A DNA stretch of 62,005 nucleotides, the filler included, from Deltaproteobacteria bacterium (GTDB lineage: Bacteria; JAUYMQ01): NCBI GenBank assembly GCA_030698575.1. It is 10 parts of 10 records of this genome, joined end to end, with 100 filler letters (N's around TTAATTAATTAA, not from the genome) between each part and the next. Parts side by side here need not be neighbours in the genome. Positions count along the whole stretch, not along the records: positions 36,290 to 49,388 come from JAUYMQ010000108.1; 9 more parts are not named here. One strand, written 5' to 3'. Positions 39,231-48,705 of this stretch are shown here, one piece after another; the first letter of the stretch is position 1, and every line of letters starts with the position of its first letter. The position numbers were made by a program, and so were the translations under genes. Below the pieces are notes generated by a model. That model ran no database searches. It was not told where the DNA came from and was given only the letters and a program-made list of their open reading frames with translations.

Positions 39231-39388
39231 CGGTGCTCGTGCTCGTGCTCGTCGAGCATGGCGCAGATGCGCGCCGCCTCCGCGCGAAGTGCACGCGGCC
39301 CGTAGTCTCGCTGGTGGCGAGCCCGACTCCGCGCCGTCGTGCCGCCGCGCAGTGGTACGCGGCGCACTGGCGGGCCAGATCTCCTCAC
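39227..39388 (-). CDS. 53-aa hypothetical protein
   Basis: Exactly fills the gap, with GTGA and ATGA overlaps on both sides. Confidence 0.5.
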   Translation of the reverse strand: MRRSGPPVRRVPLRGGTTARSRARHQRDYGPRALRAEAARICAMLDEHEHEHR

Positions 39389-40416
39389 GGTGCGATCTCA
39401 CCGCACGTCGAGCACGACCGCCCAGAGCGGTGCATCGACGCGCGCGGGCACCCGGGAGGCGAGGACGTCTCGGGCTCAGGATCCACCTCGGCCTCGGGCT
39501 CGGGCTCGGGCGGGCGCGGCGCGCCGACCAGGTGGATCAGGCGGGCCAGGTCTGCGCGGGTCGGATCGCGCGACGAGTCCCAGCCTGACTGCTCCGCTGC
39601 TCGCGCGGCCACCTCTTCTCCAGCCGTGCGAGTAGCCCAGGCCGTGGCAGCCGCACACAGATCGATCGGGACTACCGCGTCGTGGTCGCCCCGCGACTCG
39701 ACCAGCCAGTCCTCGAGCTCGTACGGGAGCTCGTACGGCTCTAACGCGCCACGCACCTCAGCCGCGCTCCGAGAAGCCCGCCGCGCCACAGGGCGCGGGT
39801 CTGGGCCAGACGGCACAGTGCGGTCTCCGACCTGCTCGTCGGCGCTATCCTCCCGAGGCAGATCATCTGGGTCGGCGTCTTCGGCCTCGCCGAACAGGCC
39901 GGCTGGAAGGTGCTGCACGTCGTCCAGGCGTGGTACGAGAGCGTATCCGTAGACGGCCGCCTTTTTTTCGGAAATCCGGATCCACCGCGCCCGATCCGCA
40001 CCACGCGGGGGCCGCTCGGCGAAGTCCAATGACCAAACATCCCTTATCGTCGAGATGGACGCTCCAATCCCGAGGTTACTCGCGACTCTCTTGAGGCTGT
40101 CGGAGTACCCGCCCTTGAGGGGCTCGGAGCTAGATGGCACACCTACATCCTCATGCGTGGTCTCGCGGTCACCGTCACGCACGGTCAGGCGGCAGACGAA
40201 TCCACCGCCAACCGACTCGTACGCTGCCGACCACCCGAGCGGCCCGAATGCAGCGTTCAGGCGGCGAATCACTGCGTGTCTGTTGATGCAAGGAATCAGC
40301 AGCACGCTCGGTTTGCTCCTGGCGCCCTTTCCGGCCACGATATGACCGGCTCGCCACGCCACCTCGTCGTCACGGATCGGCTCCGCAAGGGCCGTTAGGT
40401 TCGTTATGCCCATCAT
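39385..40416 (-). CDS. Rad52/Rad22-family (Sak/DdrA-like) ssDNA annealing protein
   Basis: LAEP...EVAWR...AVIRRLNAAFGPLGW...EDVG...EPLKGGYSDSLKRVASNLGIG. Confidence 0.85.
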   Translation of the reverse strand: MMGITNLTALAEPIRDDEVAWRAGHIVAGKGARSKPSVLLIPCINRHAVIRRLNAAFGPLGWSAAYESVGGGFVCRLTVRDGDRETTHEDVGVPSSSEPLKGGYSDSLKRVASNLGIGASISTIRDVWSLDFAERPPRGADRARWIRISEKKAAVYGYALVPRLDDVQHLPAGLFGEAEDADPDDLPREDSADEQVGDRTVPSGPDPRPVARRASRSAAEVRGALEPYELPYELEDWLVESRGDHDAVVPIDLCAAATAWATRTAGEEVAARAAEQSGWDSSRDPTRADLARLIHLVGAPRPPEPEPEAEVDPEPETSSPPGCPRASMHRSGRSCSTCGEIAP

Positions 40417-40715
40417 TCCCGGCCTTCCCACGCCAGGGCGAGTTCGCAGCTCGGCCCGATGCCTGCCATAGACGAGACGCAATCCATGCAATCGTCTAGC
40501 AGATGGACGAGAGCCCCTGGCCGCCCTCGTCCTCGCGGCCAGTGGCGAGGCCAAGTGCTCCTGCTGCGGCCGGCCGCGGCAGGAGGAGGAGGCGGGTCTG
40601 GAGGCCGAGGGCGAGCCGTTGTGCACCCGCTGTCACCCGGACGGCGCGACCCACAACACTCGACATCGATCGGAGCCGAGAACTTCTCGCACGCCTCGCA
40701 CCATAACTTTTCCAC
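40413..40715 (-). CDS. Cys-containing hypothetical protein carrying the inverted 101-bp segment
   Basis: GAGGGG RBS, GTG start, stop overlaps the annealase ATG. Confidence 0.6.
   Translation of the reverse strand: MEKLWCEACEKFSAPIDVECCGSRRPGDSGCTTARPRPPDPPPPPAAAGRSRSTWPRHWPRGRGRPGALVHLLDDCMDCVSSMAGIGPSCELALAWEGRE
40546..40646. repeat. 101-bp inverted repeat, copy B
   Basis: See copy A. Confidence 0.95.
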
Positions 40716-40778
40716 GTTTGCCCCTCTTGCTCGTGTTGGTATGATCCAATCTTAACAGCACAGGCATGGGAGATCAAC

Positions 40779-41132
40779 GTGACGGTATCAAAGAATCATG
40801 AAGACGGACCTAGGATCATCTTCATCGCGCTCGACGACGCTGGGTGGTCCGCGCTCCATAGGCACGCCGACCTAGGCGGCCCCCGGGAGCGCACGAAGGC
40901 CGCGTCGATTCGCTGCCTGATCCGGCGCGCCGGCGCCGCGCGGCTCGGGTTGAGGCCCCTCGGCGTGCAGCGCGCCAGGAGATCCGCATCCCACGCGTAC
41001 CATCTCCTGCTAGAGCCATCCGATGTCAAGGTGCTCGACCGCATACGAGGAGCACTCGCCGAGGGGGCCGGGAGGTCCAGGGTCTCGCGCACGGCGGCTA
41101 TCCGTCACCTCCTGCTGACGTGCAGTCCGTGA
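40779..41132 (+). CDS. Putative tandem ribbon-helix-helix regulator
   Basis: Two beta-helix-helix units (IIFIALDD...TKAASIRCLI; YHLLLEPSD...SRTAAIRHLL). First gene at the divergence point. Confidence 0.5.
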   Translation: MTVSKNHEDGPRIIFIALDDAGWSALHRHADLGGPRERTKAASIRCLIRRAGAARLGLRPLGVQRARRSASHAYHLLLEPSDVKVLDRIRGALAEGAGRSRVSRTAAIRHLLLTCSP

Positions 41133-41368
41133 CGGACGAGATTACGCCCGTCGAGGCGCTACGCCGAGAGATCGAGCGTGAGCGCGCAGAACTGGCGAGA
41201 GTTCTGCGCCAGCGGAGGGGAGCCGACAACGTCGCACGGATCAATCGCTCGAAGGATCGGATCGAGCGGCTTAAGCGGCTTAAGCGGCAACTCGTGGATG
41301 AAAATGCCAGCGATGGCGAGCGAGCGAGCTTTGCTGCCCGCTCCTCGACCTCCTGCCTGGAGAACTAG
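41129..41368 (+). CDS. Small coiled-coil protein (possibly frameshifted near 41300)
   Basis: GTGA overlap with the upstream gene; R/E-rich heptads. Confidence 0.55.
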   Translation: MTDEITPVEALRREIERERAELARVLRQRRGADNVARINRSKDRIERLKRLKRQLVDENASDGERASFAARSSTSCLEN

Positions 41369-41651
41369 CGTCTCGCATCGACGGCATCGACGGCGAGTTA
41401 GACCAGGGACGGAGGGTAGGCGTGTGCCCGCTCGGGGTCGAGTTGGCCGCGGAGGACACGGGCTAGGCGGGAGCGCCAGGCGTGCGTGGGGGGCTCCGTG
41501 GATGGCCCATCGGACCCATGCTAGACTAACCGACCCGCCGTACAGGGGAGCGCCCCGAGCAGTGTAACTCGGGGCGCTCTGGCTGGCGGACGGCCGGAGG
41601 ATGCCGAACCATGAGACAGTCTATCACACCCTCTGACGCCTACGCGACATC

Positions 41652-42902
41652 GTGACCGGCATAGTTCGGGTCGAGCGCCAGAACGACCTACGGGACAGCC
41701 TGCTAGCCCAGATCGATGCGTCGCAGCACTACACGACACTAGAATCCTGGCAGCTCGCGGACGTCCTCAGTAATCGAGTCGGCAAAACTGCCCTGGTAGT
41801 CTACCACGCCATCCAGGCCCACGGAAGAGCAGGCGTGGCGACCTGGCCGAGTAACACTAGGCTGGCTCGGGCGATCGGCGTGGACCCCAGGACGATCCAA
41901 ACGCACGTCGCCACGCTCGAGTCTGCGGCATGGATCGGTCGCGAGGTCGATCGGTCGTCGAGTGGAACGAAGCGCGTGCTGATTTGCTACCGGAGCCGTG
42001 GAGAAGGAAGCGTTAATGGGACGGATGTTGGCCATCCTGAGAGGGGTGATGCCAGTCTTCAAGGGGGCGATGTTGAGCATCCGGAGGGGGATGATGCTGA
42101 TCATCATGGGGGGGGCGATGCGGCCCATCACCCTGAAGTACCATCAGTAGAACCACCAGAAAAGCCCCCTCTAAAGTCTCCCCCGTCGGGCTTGATCTCC
42201 GACGTCTGCACCCCCCCCCACCCCCCCCAAGGGGGGGGCTTGTTAGAATCTTCTTCAGCGGCCACGGCTACGGCCACGACGGATCAACGTCCGCGCAAAC
42301 GCGACACGTTCTCCCCGGCTATCGATCCCTGGCTGGAGGAGCAGACGACCAAGCTGCTCGCAGCCTACCCGCCGCTCGGCTACGGCCGCGCGATCTCAAC
42401 AGCCCCTCCGCTCAAGGTGCGTCGAGCCCTTGGCGAGGTTGCTGTCGGCCTGAACGCTGACGCCCTCCAATGCCTGGCCGACCAACTCCTCGAAGGCGCG
42501 GCGGCCCAGCGATCGCTGTGGACGCAGCGAAACCGGGCGCACGCGGACGGCCGATCAGTTCCCCTCCTACCCGCTCTCCCAGCTTGGATCCGCAGCCGCT
42601 CATGGGATGCCGTGCCGGCCGAGCCAAGCCGCGCGAACGCCAAGCCGCCTGCGAGCTCCGTCACGCCACGAGCGGAGCAGAAGGCGGCAGGGTGGCACGT
42701 GGCTGAACGCGATCGGCTACGGGCCTGTCTCGCGGCCCTGCCGGAAGACGAGCGCAAAGCCCTGGAGGCTGAGGCGGAGAAGACTAACCCCCGCCTGTTC
42801 GCCTCGTGTAGGCTGGACGTGAGTCATCAGCGCGAGGAGCTCGTGCTCGATGCTCTCGACCGGAAGCAGAGGTCACAGCGGGCGCGAAGAGACAGGACAT
42901 GA
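41652..42902 (+). CDS. Phage-type replication initiator (N-terminal wHTH)
   Basis: TWPSNTRLARAIGVDPRTIQTHVATLESAAWI; central iterons; PPHPPQGG linker; LPAWIRSRSW. Confidence 0.75.
   Translation: MTGIVRVERQNDLRDSLLAQIDASQHYTTLESWQLADVLSNRVGKTALVVYHAIQAHGRAGVATWPSNTRLARAIGVDPRTIQTHVATLESAAWIGREVDRSSSGTKRVLICYRSRGEGSVNGTDVGHPERGDASLQGGDVEHPEGDDADHHGGGDAAHHPEVPSVEPPEKPPLKSPPSGLISDVCTPPHPPQGGGLLESSSAATATATTDQRPRKRDTFSPAIDPWLEEQTTKLLAAYPPLGYGRAISTAPPLKVRRALGEVAVGLNADALQCLADQLLEGAAAQRSLWTQRNRAHADGRSVPLLPALPAWIRSRSWDAVPAEPSRANAKPPASSVTPRAEQKAAGWHVAERDRLRACLAALPEDERKALEAEAEKTNPRLFASCRLDVSHQREELVLDALDRKQRSQRARRDRT
42024..42129. repeat. Five iteron-like GATG-N5-CATC palindromes (putative origin)
   Basis: Copies at 42024, 42048 (CTTC variant), 42069, 42093 and 42117, separated by G-runs. 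Confidence 0.75.
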
Positions 42903-42927
42903 GCCAGGCGAGCCAGGTCGAGGAGCC

Positions 42928-44493
42928 ATGCTGAGAGAACGCCCCTACTGGTACGCTCTCTACGCCGATGTCCCCGATGCGCTCGAACTACCTTCACAGT
43001 TCGACCCCGAAGTAAGGGAATCTCACGCCGACTGGCTCGCCGGCGGTGCGCGTGGTCGTCTGCTGGATGTCCCCAAGTATCAACCCACTCAGTGCTTTTG
43101 GAGCCGCCTGGGGGCTTGTGAGATCCTGCCCTCGGGGGCGCTCCCTGACCCGCGCATCATGTGGCGCCTAGGATCCTGGCAGCCCGAAGGCGCCGAGTTC
43201 TTGAACACCCGTGTTGCAGCGCTCCTTGGGGATGAGCAGGCCGCGGGTAAGGCGGTGATGTCTTCGCTGGCGATCCCGTACGGCGCGTCGGTGATATACG
43301 TTTGCCGTGCTACGGGCGTTCACGACCAGGCGAGAAAGATTCAGGCGTGGCGACCAGACATGCTCGTGAGCAAGTGGAGGCGCCAAGACTTCGTTCGCTG
43401 GCCCCAGCCAGCCGAGGTGGCCGTGATCTCGATGGACAGCCTGCCAAGGCCCAGAGGGTTGAGCGCGAGCGATCCAGTCGAGCGGAGACGAGCGGCTGTC
43501 GAGCGCATGCTCCCGAGGGGCCGGTGGGGAGGCGTCCTGATCCTAGACGAAGTGGACAAGCTGTCCACTCCCAGGACGCATCGAAGGCTCGCCGCCGAGG
43601 CCATCGCCAGGCGCGCTAGCCGTCGATGGGGCCTAACGGGCACGCCCATGAGCAACGTTCCCGAGAATCTCAAGGAGGTGCTCAAGCTCCTCGGCCTCTT
43701 TCGCTGCGCGTTCCACTCCGAGGCAGAGTTCGACGAACTCCTGGGTGTACAGCGCGGGCGAGAAGAGGGCGAGCACGGAGGCAGGTCGAGGGGTGGTAAC
43801 GTGTCTCCGGTTGTTCGGGAGCGCATGCAGCGCGTTTACCTGCGCCGGACGTGGAGGGACCTCGGCGGACTCGATGAGCCGCGCTTCATCCGCACAGCCG
43901 TTGATATCGACCACGCCTACATCGACGAGCTCATCGCTGCCGCCGGCGGACTAGCTGCGGTCTTAGAGCGCGTCAAGCATCCAGGATTCGGTGACATCTC
44001 AGAGATGGCCCGTCTTCGGCAGGGGCTCGCTCTCGCCAAACTGCCCGTTGCCGTAGACCGCGTGAGGGCTCATCTTGAAGAGGGGGCGCCCGTCATCGTC
44101 TACTGCTACCACGTCGAGCCTCTCCACCAGCTCCAAAGAGCGCTGGGCAGAGATGCATGTGGCCTGATCGTGGGGTCGGTGAGCGTCGCGAGGCGAGATA
44201 AGGTCATCGCTGGCTTCTGCGCGGGCCGAACTCCTGTCGTTGCCATTTCTGGGGCAGGCGAGGATACCATTGACCTCATTCGCAGAGATGACATCCCTTA
44301 TCAGGCCCTTGTCAGGATCGACATCTCATGGGCCCCGAGAAGCAACGGCCAGGTAGTGGGGAGGGCTCGAAGGCCCGGAATGCGCTGGCCGTTGATAGTC
44401 GAGGACCTGATCGCGGACCATGCCCTCGAGCATCACGTCCACGCCATCGTTGAGCAGAAGGAGTCCGTCATGCGAGCGGCTGGGATCCTGTGA
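42928..44493 (+). CDS. Divergent SNF2-like SF2 helicase
   Basis: LLGDEQAAGKA, LILDEVD, GLTGTPMSN, YLRRT, QVVGRARRPG. Confidence 0.8.
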   Translation: MLRERPYWYALYADVPDALELPSQFDPEVRESHADWLAGGARGRLLDVPKYQPTQCFWSRLGACEILPSGALPDPRIMWRLGSWQPEGAEFLNTRVAALLGDEQAAGKAVMSSLAIPYGASVIYVCRATGVHDQARKIQAWRPDMLVSKWRRQDFVRWPQPAEVAVISMDSLPRPRGLSASDPVERRRAAVERMLPRGRWGGVLILDEVDKLSTPRTHRRLAAEAIARRASRRWGLTGTPMSNVPENLKEVLKLLGLFRCAFHSEAEFDELLGVQRGREEGEHGGRSRGGNVSPVVRERMQRVYLRRTWRDLGGLDEPRFIRTAVDIDHAYIDELIAAAGGLAAVLERVKHPGFGDISEMARLRQGLALAKLPVAVDRVRAHLEEGAPVIVYCYHVEPLHQLQRALGRDACGLIVGSVSVARRDKVIAGFCAGRTPVVAISGAGEDTIDLIRRDDIPYQALVRIDISWAPRSNGQVVGRARRPGMRWPLIVEDLIADHALEHHVHAIVEQKESVMRAAGIL

Positions 44494-44891
44494 TGGACGC
44501 AGACAGACCCAGGCGCCTCTCTCCGACCATGAAGCGCGCCCTGCTAAACGAGCGAGATGGGCGGATCCCTCTCCTCGAGGCGGGGCTCAAGGCGAAGGGA
44601 TCTAAGGAGCGCCGGGGGGCCGAGCGCACCAAGATGGCCTTGATCGAGCGGGGCTTCTTGATGGCCGCCGCTTTCGCTCGTTGCGAACTGACCAGCGAGG
44701 GCATGGTTCTCATCGAGGAGATGCGCAGGGAGGAGCGCCGAAAGGCGATACGGAACCAGATCAAGGCGGATAAGTTGGCATCGGAGCCTAGATCGCGCTG
44801 GGGTCCACGGAAGAATAAGCAACTCGTTTCAAGATGGGGCGAGTGTAGAGCGAAGAAGGTAAGATGCCGCTCGTCAGGGCACCGAGGATGA
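44493..44891 (+). CDS. Basic hypothetical protein (possible wHTH)
   Basis: ALIERGF...ELTSEG; coupled to the helicase stop. Confidence 0.5.
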   Translation: MDADRPRRLSPTMKRALLNERDGRIPLLEAGLKAKGSKERRGAERTKMALIERGFLMAAAFARCELTSEGMVLIEEMRREERRKAIRNQIKADKLASEPRSRWGPRKNKQLVSRWGECRAKKVRCRSSGHRG

Positions 44892-44895
44892 AGCA

Positions 44896-45258
44896 ATGGC
44901 ACACGGCATGATTTCAACGCTCGTTAAAGTCCTAGATGACGTTACGGGCATCGAGAACACTACGTTCATTTCAATTCCGTCGGCTCATCTTCGAGCGTGT
45001 TCGCTTGGCTTCTACGGGCGCCTCGTTGTCGAGTTCTCATCGGTGACGACGGCTGGAGTGATCATTCAGGTCACCAAGGGCGCGTCGTCCCGGATCCTGT
45101 CGCGCACAGAGCCAACCGCAGCGATTTTCGGGAGGGTCAACATCCCCATTGACCCGGCGGCGACGAGCTACGAACTCATCTCTACGGCCGACGGCAATAT
45201 CGCGTCGGTGATTGTTACCGAGATCGCCGGAGACTCTGGGCAGTTTGGGCTAAGCTAG
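44896..45258 (+). CDS. Beta-rich hypothetical protein (possible virion protein)
   Basis: GAGGA RBS; alternating hydrophobic beta pattern; T/S/I/V-rich. Confidence 0.55.
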   Translation: MAHGMISTLVKVLDDVTGIENTTFISIPSAHLRACSLGFYGRLVVEFSSVTTAGVIIQVTKGASSRILSRTEPTAAIFGRVNIPIDPAATSYELISTADGNIASVIVTEIAGDSGQFGLS

Positions 45259-45274
45259 GATCCGGCCGACACGG

Positions 45275-45643
45275 CTAGCCCGACCCGCCAAAATGCTGTT
45301 CGCAGTAGTTCTCTCCCTCCAGCGTCTCTTGGCCGCATGTTCCGCCCGCTGCCGCGCACGTCTCGGACTCTCCTCCAGGGCCGAGAGAGTCTTCGATCCC
45401 CATCGCTAGCTTGATGGCCTGGCCCTCGTGATCCGTCAGGGCCTCTGACGCCACCGCGTAGAACATGGTCTTCGCGCGCTCCATCTCGACCAGTACGCAC
45501 GCCAGAATGGGTGCTCCTGCTCCCTTCTCGGCTGGCTGCTCAACGTAGTACGGGCACGCAGGTCCCTCGCAGGGGCCCTTGAGTCGCTTGATTGGAGCGC
45601 ACAGGAATCGCGGGCTTCGCCCTTGCATCTTCAGGGGTGACAT
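45275..45643 (-). CDS. Cys-rich hypothetical protein
   Basis: GGAGG RBS; CEGPACPY and C...C...YCEQH motifs. Confidence 0.6.
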   Translation of the reverse strand: MSPLKMQGRSPRFLCAPIKRLKGPCEGPACPYYVEQPAEKGAGAPILACVLVEMERAKTMFYAVASEALTDHEGQAIKLAMGIEDSLGPGGESETCAAAGGTCGQETLEGENYCEQHFGGSG

Positions 45644-47001
45644 CAGTTCTCGCCTCCAGCCTTCGAGAAGGCATTCTTGACTCCGAGGAGCCACGTAACT
45701 AGCTCTCCGTTCGATCGCATGGCATCGATGATCTCGCCCATCGGAAGGCCTGGCACGCGCTTGAACCACGCAAGGTACTCGTTGATTCCGTCTGCTCCCA
45801 GCAGCTTGATGCGACCCTGGTCGGTCAGGTACTGAGACGCGGAGGCTACAAATTCGGCGGGGTCATCCGCTGTCTAGCCTCCCATGATCGCGTTGAGGTT
45901 CTCGATCAGGGCCTCCCCGAACTCTCTGGATGCGTAGGGCGCCGGGCCGTTGATGCGCGCTGGCGTCGCGGATTGGGGGCTCTGTGGCGGGGGGTCCTGC
46001 GGCTTGGCATCTGCCGCAGTCTTCTTGTCTCCGCTCAGGATGCGATCCAGGACTTCAGGGATGAGCTCCTTTGCCCACGCGAGCGGGTTGTCATCGTCAT
46101 CGTCATCCCACGCGTACGGGTCCACGGCCTGGTTCGCGGGGCCAACCAGGCGCTCTTGGACCATCTGGGCCATTGCCTGCTCCATCGCCAACTCGGCCGG
46201 GGTCTTGGCGCGTTCTCTCGACGCTGAGCGCCGGTCCTCTCGGGCTTGGTCGAGGAGCATGGCCATAGCCGGGTCGAGAGGCTTGTTCCCGTGCGCCATC
46301 TGGGCCTCGAGCCGGGCGAGTTGGGCGTGGCTCTCACGCTGCATCTCGAGAGCCCGGTAACGGTCCTCGGCTCGCTGGGATTCCGCCTTGAGCGTTGCGT
46401 TGCGCTCGCGTAGGTCCGAGCACTCTGCGCGAAGGCCCTCGATGCGTCGGTCAGAATCTTCGCGCAGCGCCTCGATGCGCCGCTCGAGTTCGGACACGCG
46501 GCCGTGCGCCTGGCCGAGCTGCTGCGTGAGCACCTGCGTCGTGTCGAGAGTCGGAGCCATCGTGAACCCTCCGCCCGGAAGTTGCATCGGCGCGCGGATC
46601 CCGCCCAAAGGCGACGCCATTATCTGGGCCCACGGAGCGGCGTATCTTGGGTCTATCGGATCCCCGGGGCTCTGCGGAGGCTCGGTTGCGTCCTTTGGGT
46701 CTCGGAGTTCGATGACGTCGCCCTCGGCGTTCTTTGGCGCGCGATTTTCTGCGGGAGCGATTTTAAACCTTCGCGTCTCTCCGATCTTCTCGCCACCCTC
46801 GAAGCACTCGGCATCGTAGACTCCTGCCCCGAAGTCGGTTGTGATATCGGCTTGGATCCTCGCCGCCCCGCCGGCCTCGACGTCGTAGGTCCGGTAGTAG
46901 CCAGCCTGTGGCCTTCCTTGCTTGTCATAAGCGGGCTCGACCCGGGAGACTTCGACGGTCTGCCTGATCTGAGAGATAGGTTGAGCGGGGGGCAAGGTCA
47001 T
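45643..47001 (-). CDS. Coiled-coil protein with in-frame TAG at 45874-45876
   Basis: 375 aa to the TAG, then 76 more sense codons ending in a TGATG overlap with the next gene. Confidence 0.65.
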
Positions 47002-47456
47002 CCTCCTGATGCAGCCACGAGGGCCGCAGCGCGAGATAGAGCATCGAGGGCAACGCCTAGAGGGTTCCCTCTCGTGTCAAGGTCTTGGGTAAACATGGCC
47101 TGTCGAATCGCCTCCAGGGCAACGCCTAGAGCTGGTGCGTGATCCCGGTGGACCAGCAAGCCGCCCTCGCTCGGCAGGCGAAGCGAGAACATCTGGTAGG
47201 GGTCGATTCGGGACGTGACGCCGCATCCAGGCTGCTCGCAGTGGCCGAATGTCAGCTTGCGCGTGCGGACCTGAACGAAGTGGACCCCACACTCCCGAGA
47301 GAAGCTGCCGGGGCAGACGAAGAGGTAGTCCTCTACCGTGTCTCCCTTGCAGCGCTCGGCGCGACGCTCGGCCGTAGCCTGCGCCATCGCCTGAGCCCTC
47401 CGCAAGACGTGCGGAGGGATCGGTCGAATCATCTGCGGCGCCGTTTGCGGATCCAT
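46998..47456 (-). CDS. Zn-ribbon hypothetical protein
   Basis: CP...CG...CEQPGCG; ATGA overlap with the next gene. Confidence 0.6.
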   Translation of the reverse strand: MDPQTAPQMIRPIPPHVLRRAQAMAQATAERRAERCKGDTVEDYLFVCPGSFSRECGVHFVQVRTRKLTFGHCEQPGCGVTSRIDPYQMFSLRLPSEGGLLVHRDHAPALGVALEAIRQAMFTQDLDTRGNPLGVALDALSRAAALVAASGG

Positions 47457-47552
47457 GGTGGCATGTTACGATTCACGGAACGACCACGCAAGCTAACCGC
47501 GATCAGACGAGACGCGGGAGGGTTTGCAGCTTTCACGGAGGTTGTGACCCAG

Positions 47553-47924
47553 ATGGGCGAACAGGATGGGGATGGGGAAGCTCCGGTCGCGGGCATCTCG
47601 TTTCACGGGAAACAGGACCCCAAGAAGGAGCAGGGCGCCGCGAACAGGGCGGAAATCGCCAAGATGGTCCTCGCAGACCCTGAGTGCGCGGCGATTTGGG
47701 TCTACTACAGCTCCCCTCGCAGGCTCCAAGCCCAAATCGACCGCGATGGCTACCTCAACATCTCGGGGGCATGGGCAGATGTCGTCGGGCACTTCAACCG
47801 TCCGAAGTGCCCGGCGACATCCCCGGCGGGGGGATCCTGCCAGCGCCACGAGGGCCACAGAGGCGAACACCACACCGTCATGCTGGGAGGGGGGCGTCTC
47901 TCCAGCGACATCATCATTTGGTAG
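47553..47924 (+). CDS. Hypothetical protein with C-terminal C..C..GHxGxH motif
   Basis: GGAGG RBS; CPATSPAGGSCQRHEGHRGEH. Confidence 0.6.
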   Translation: MGEQDGDGEAPVAGISFHGKQDPKKEQGAANRAEIAKMVLADPECAAIWVYYSSPRRLQAQIDRDGYLNISGAWADVVGHFNRPKCPATSPAGGSCQRHEGHRGEHHTVMLGGGRLSSDIIIW

Positions 47925-48006
47925 AGCCTGCGAGATCCAGGCGCGCGAGAGATTGGGCCCGATCTCGTTTCAGTGGCCCCGTGACCCAGCGTAGGCCTCG
48001 CCCGGA

Positions 48007-48705
48007 TCAGCGACGCATGATCTTTGCGACGGTGCCGTGGTGCCAGCGGCCGCCTCGCTTGGTCGGGATGCCGGCGGCGTTGAGCCGCCGGGCAACCTCG
48101 GAGAACGTCTCCCCCTGCTCGTCTACGAACTCGCGGACGAGCGCCACGGTGAGCAGCTCGTCCTCGACCTCGACCAGGCTCCGGCGCCCCTGGGCGTCGC
48201 GCTCGGGCGCGTAGGCGTAGCCGAGGGGCGGGGGACCCGTGCTGTAGCCCTGGGCTCGCAAGTGAGCCAGGGCGTCTCGGATGCGGTCACGCAGAAGCGA
48301 TCGCTCCATCTCCGCCGCGCTGGCGAGGATCCCGAGCACCATGCGCCCGGCCGTCGTCCCGACGTCCACGCCGAGGTCGAGCAGGTGGAGGCCCAGGCCG
48401 CGCTGCTGCCACGCTTCGGTGACCGTCAGCGCCTCGGACGCCCGACGAAACAGCCGATCGAGGCGCGGCGCCACGACCACGTCGACGAGACGCTCCTCGA
48501 CCAGGCGGACGAGCTCCGCACCCTCTGGGCGCTTGGCCAGTGGGACCGAGGCAGAGACGCCTCGGTCCACGGCTGTCCGCACGACCTCGAGCCCTCGGCC
48601 CTGGCAGAAGGCGGCGAGGGCGGCCTCCTGGGCGGCGAGCGAGACGCCGCCGTCTGCTTGCTCACGGGTCGAGACGCGTGCGTAGATGACGGCCCTCTTG
48701 GTCAC
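48007..48705 (-). CDS. Serine recombinase (resolvase domain plus short recombinase domain)
   Basis: IYARVST, DRGVSA, RLDRLFR, AEMERS, PPLGY, ARRLNAAGIPTKRGGRW. Confidence 0.92.
   Translation of the reverse strand: MTKRAVIYARVSTREQADGGVSLAAQEAALAAFCQGRGLEVVRTAVDRGVSASVPLAKRPEGAELVRLVEERLVDVVVAPRLDRLFRRASEALTVTEAWQQRGLGLHLLDLGVDVGTTAGRMVLGILASAAEMERSLLRDRIRDALAHLRAQGYSTGPPPLGYAYAPERDAQGRRSLVEVEDELLTVALVREFVDEQGETFSEVARRLNAAGIPTKRGGRWHHGTVAKIMRR

Noticed and set aside
38190-40646. 101-bp duplicate as a DGR template/variable repeat pair
   Set aside because: Only one mismatch in the core, no reverse transcriptase on the contig, and the copy is not at the C-terminus of a lectin/Ig-like target.
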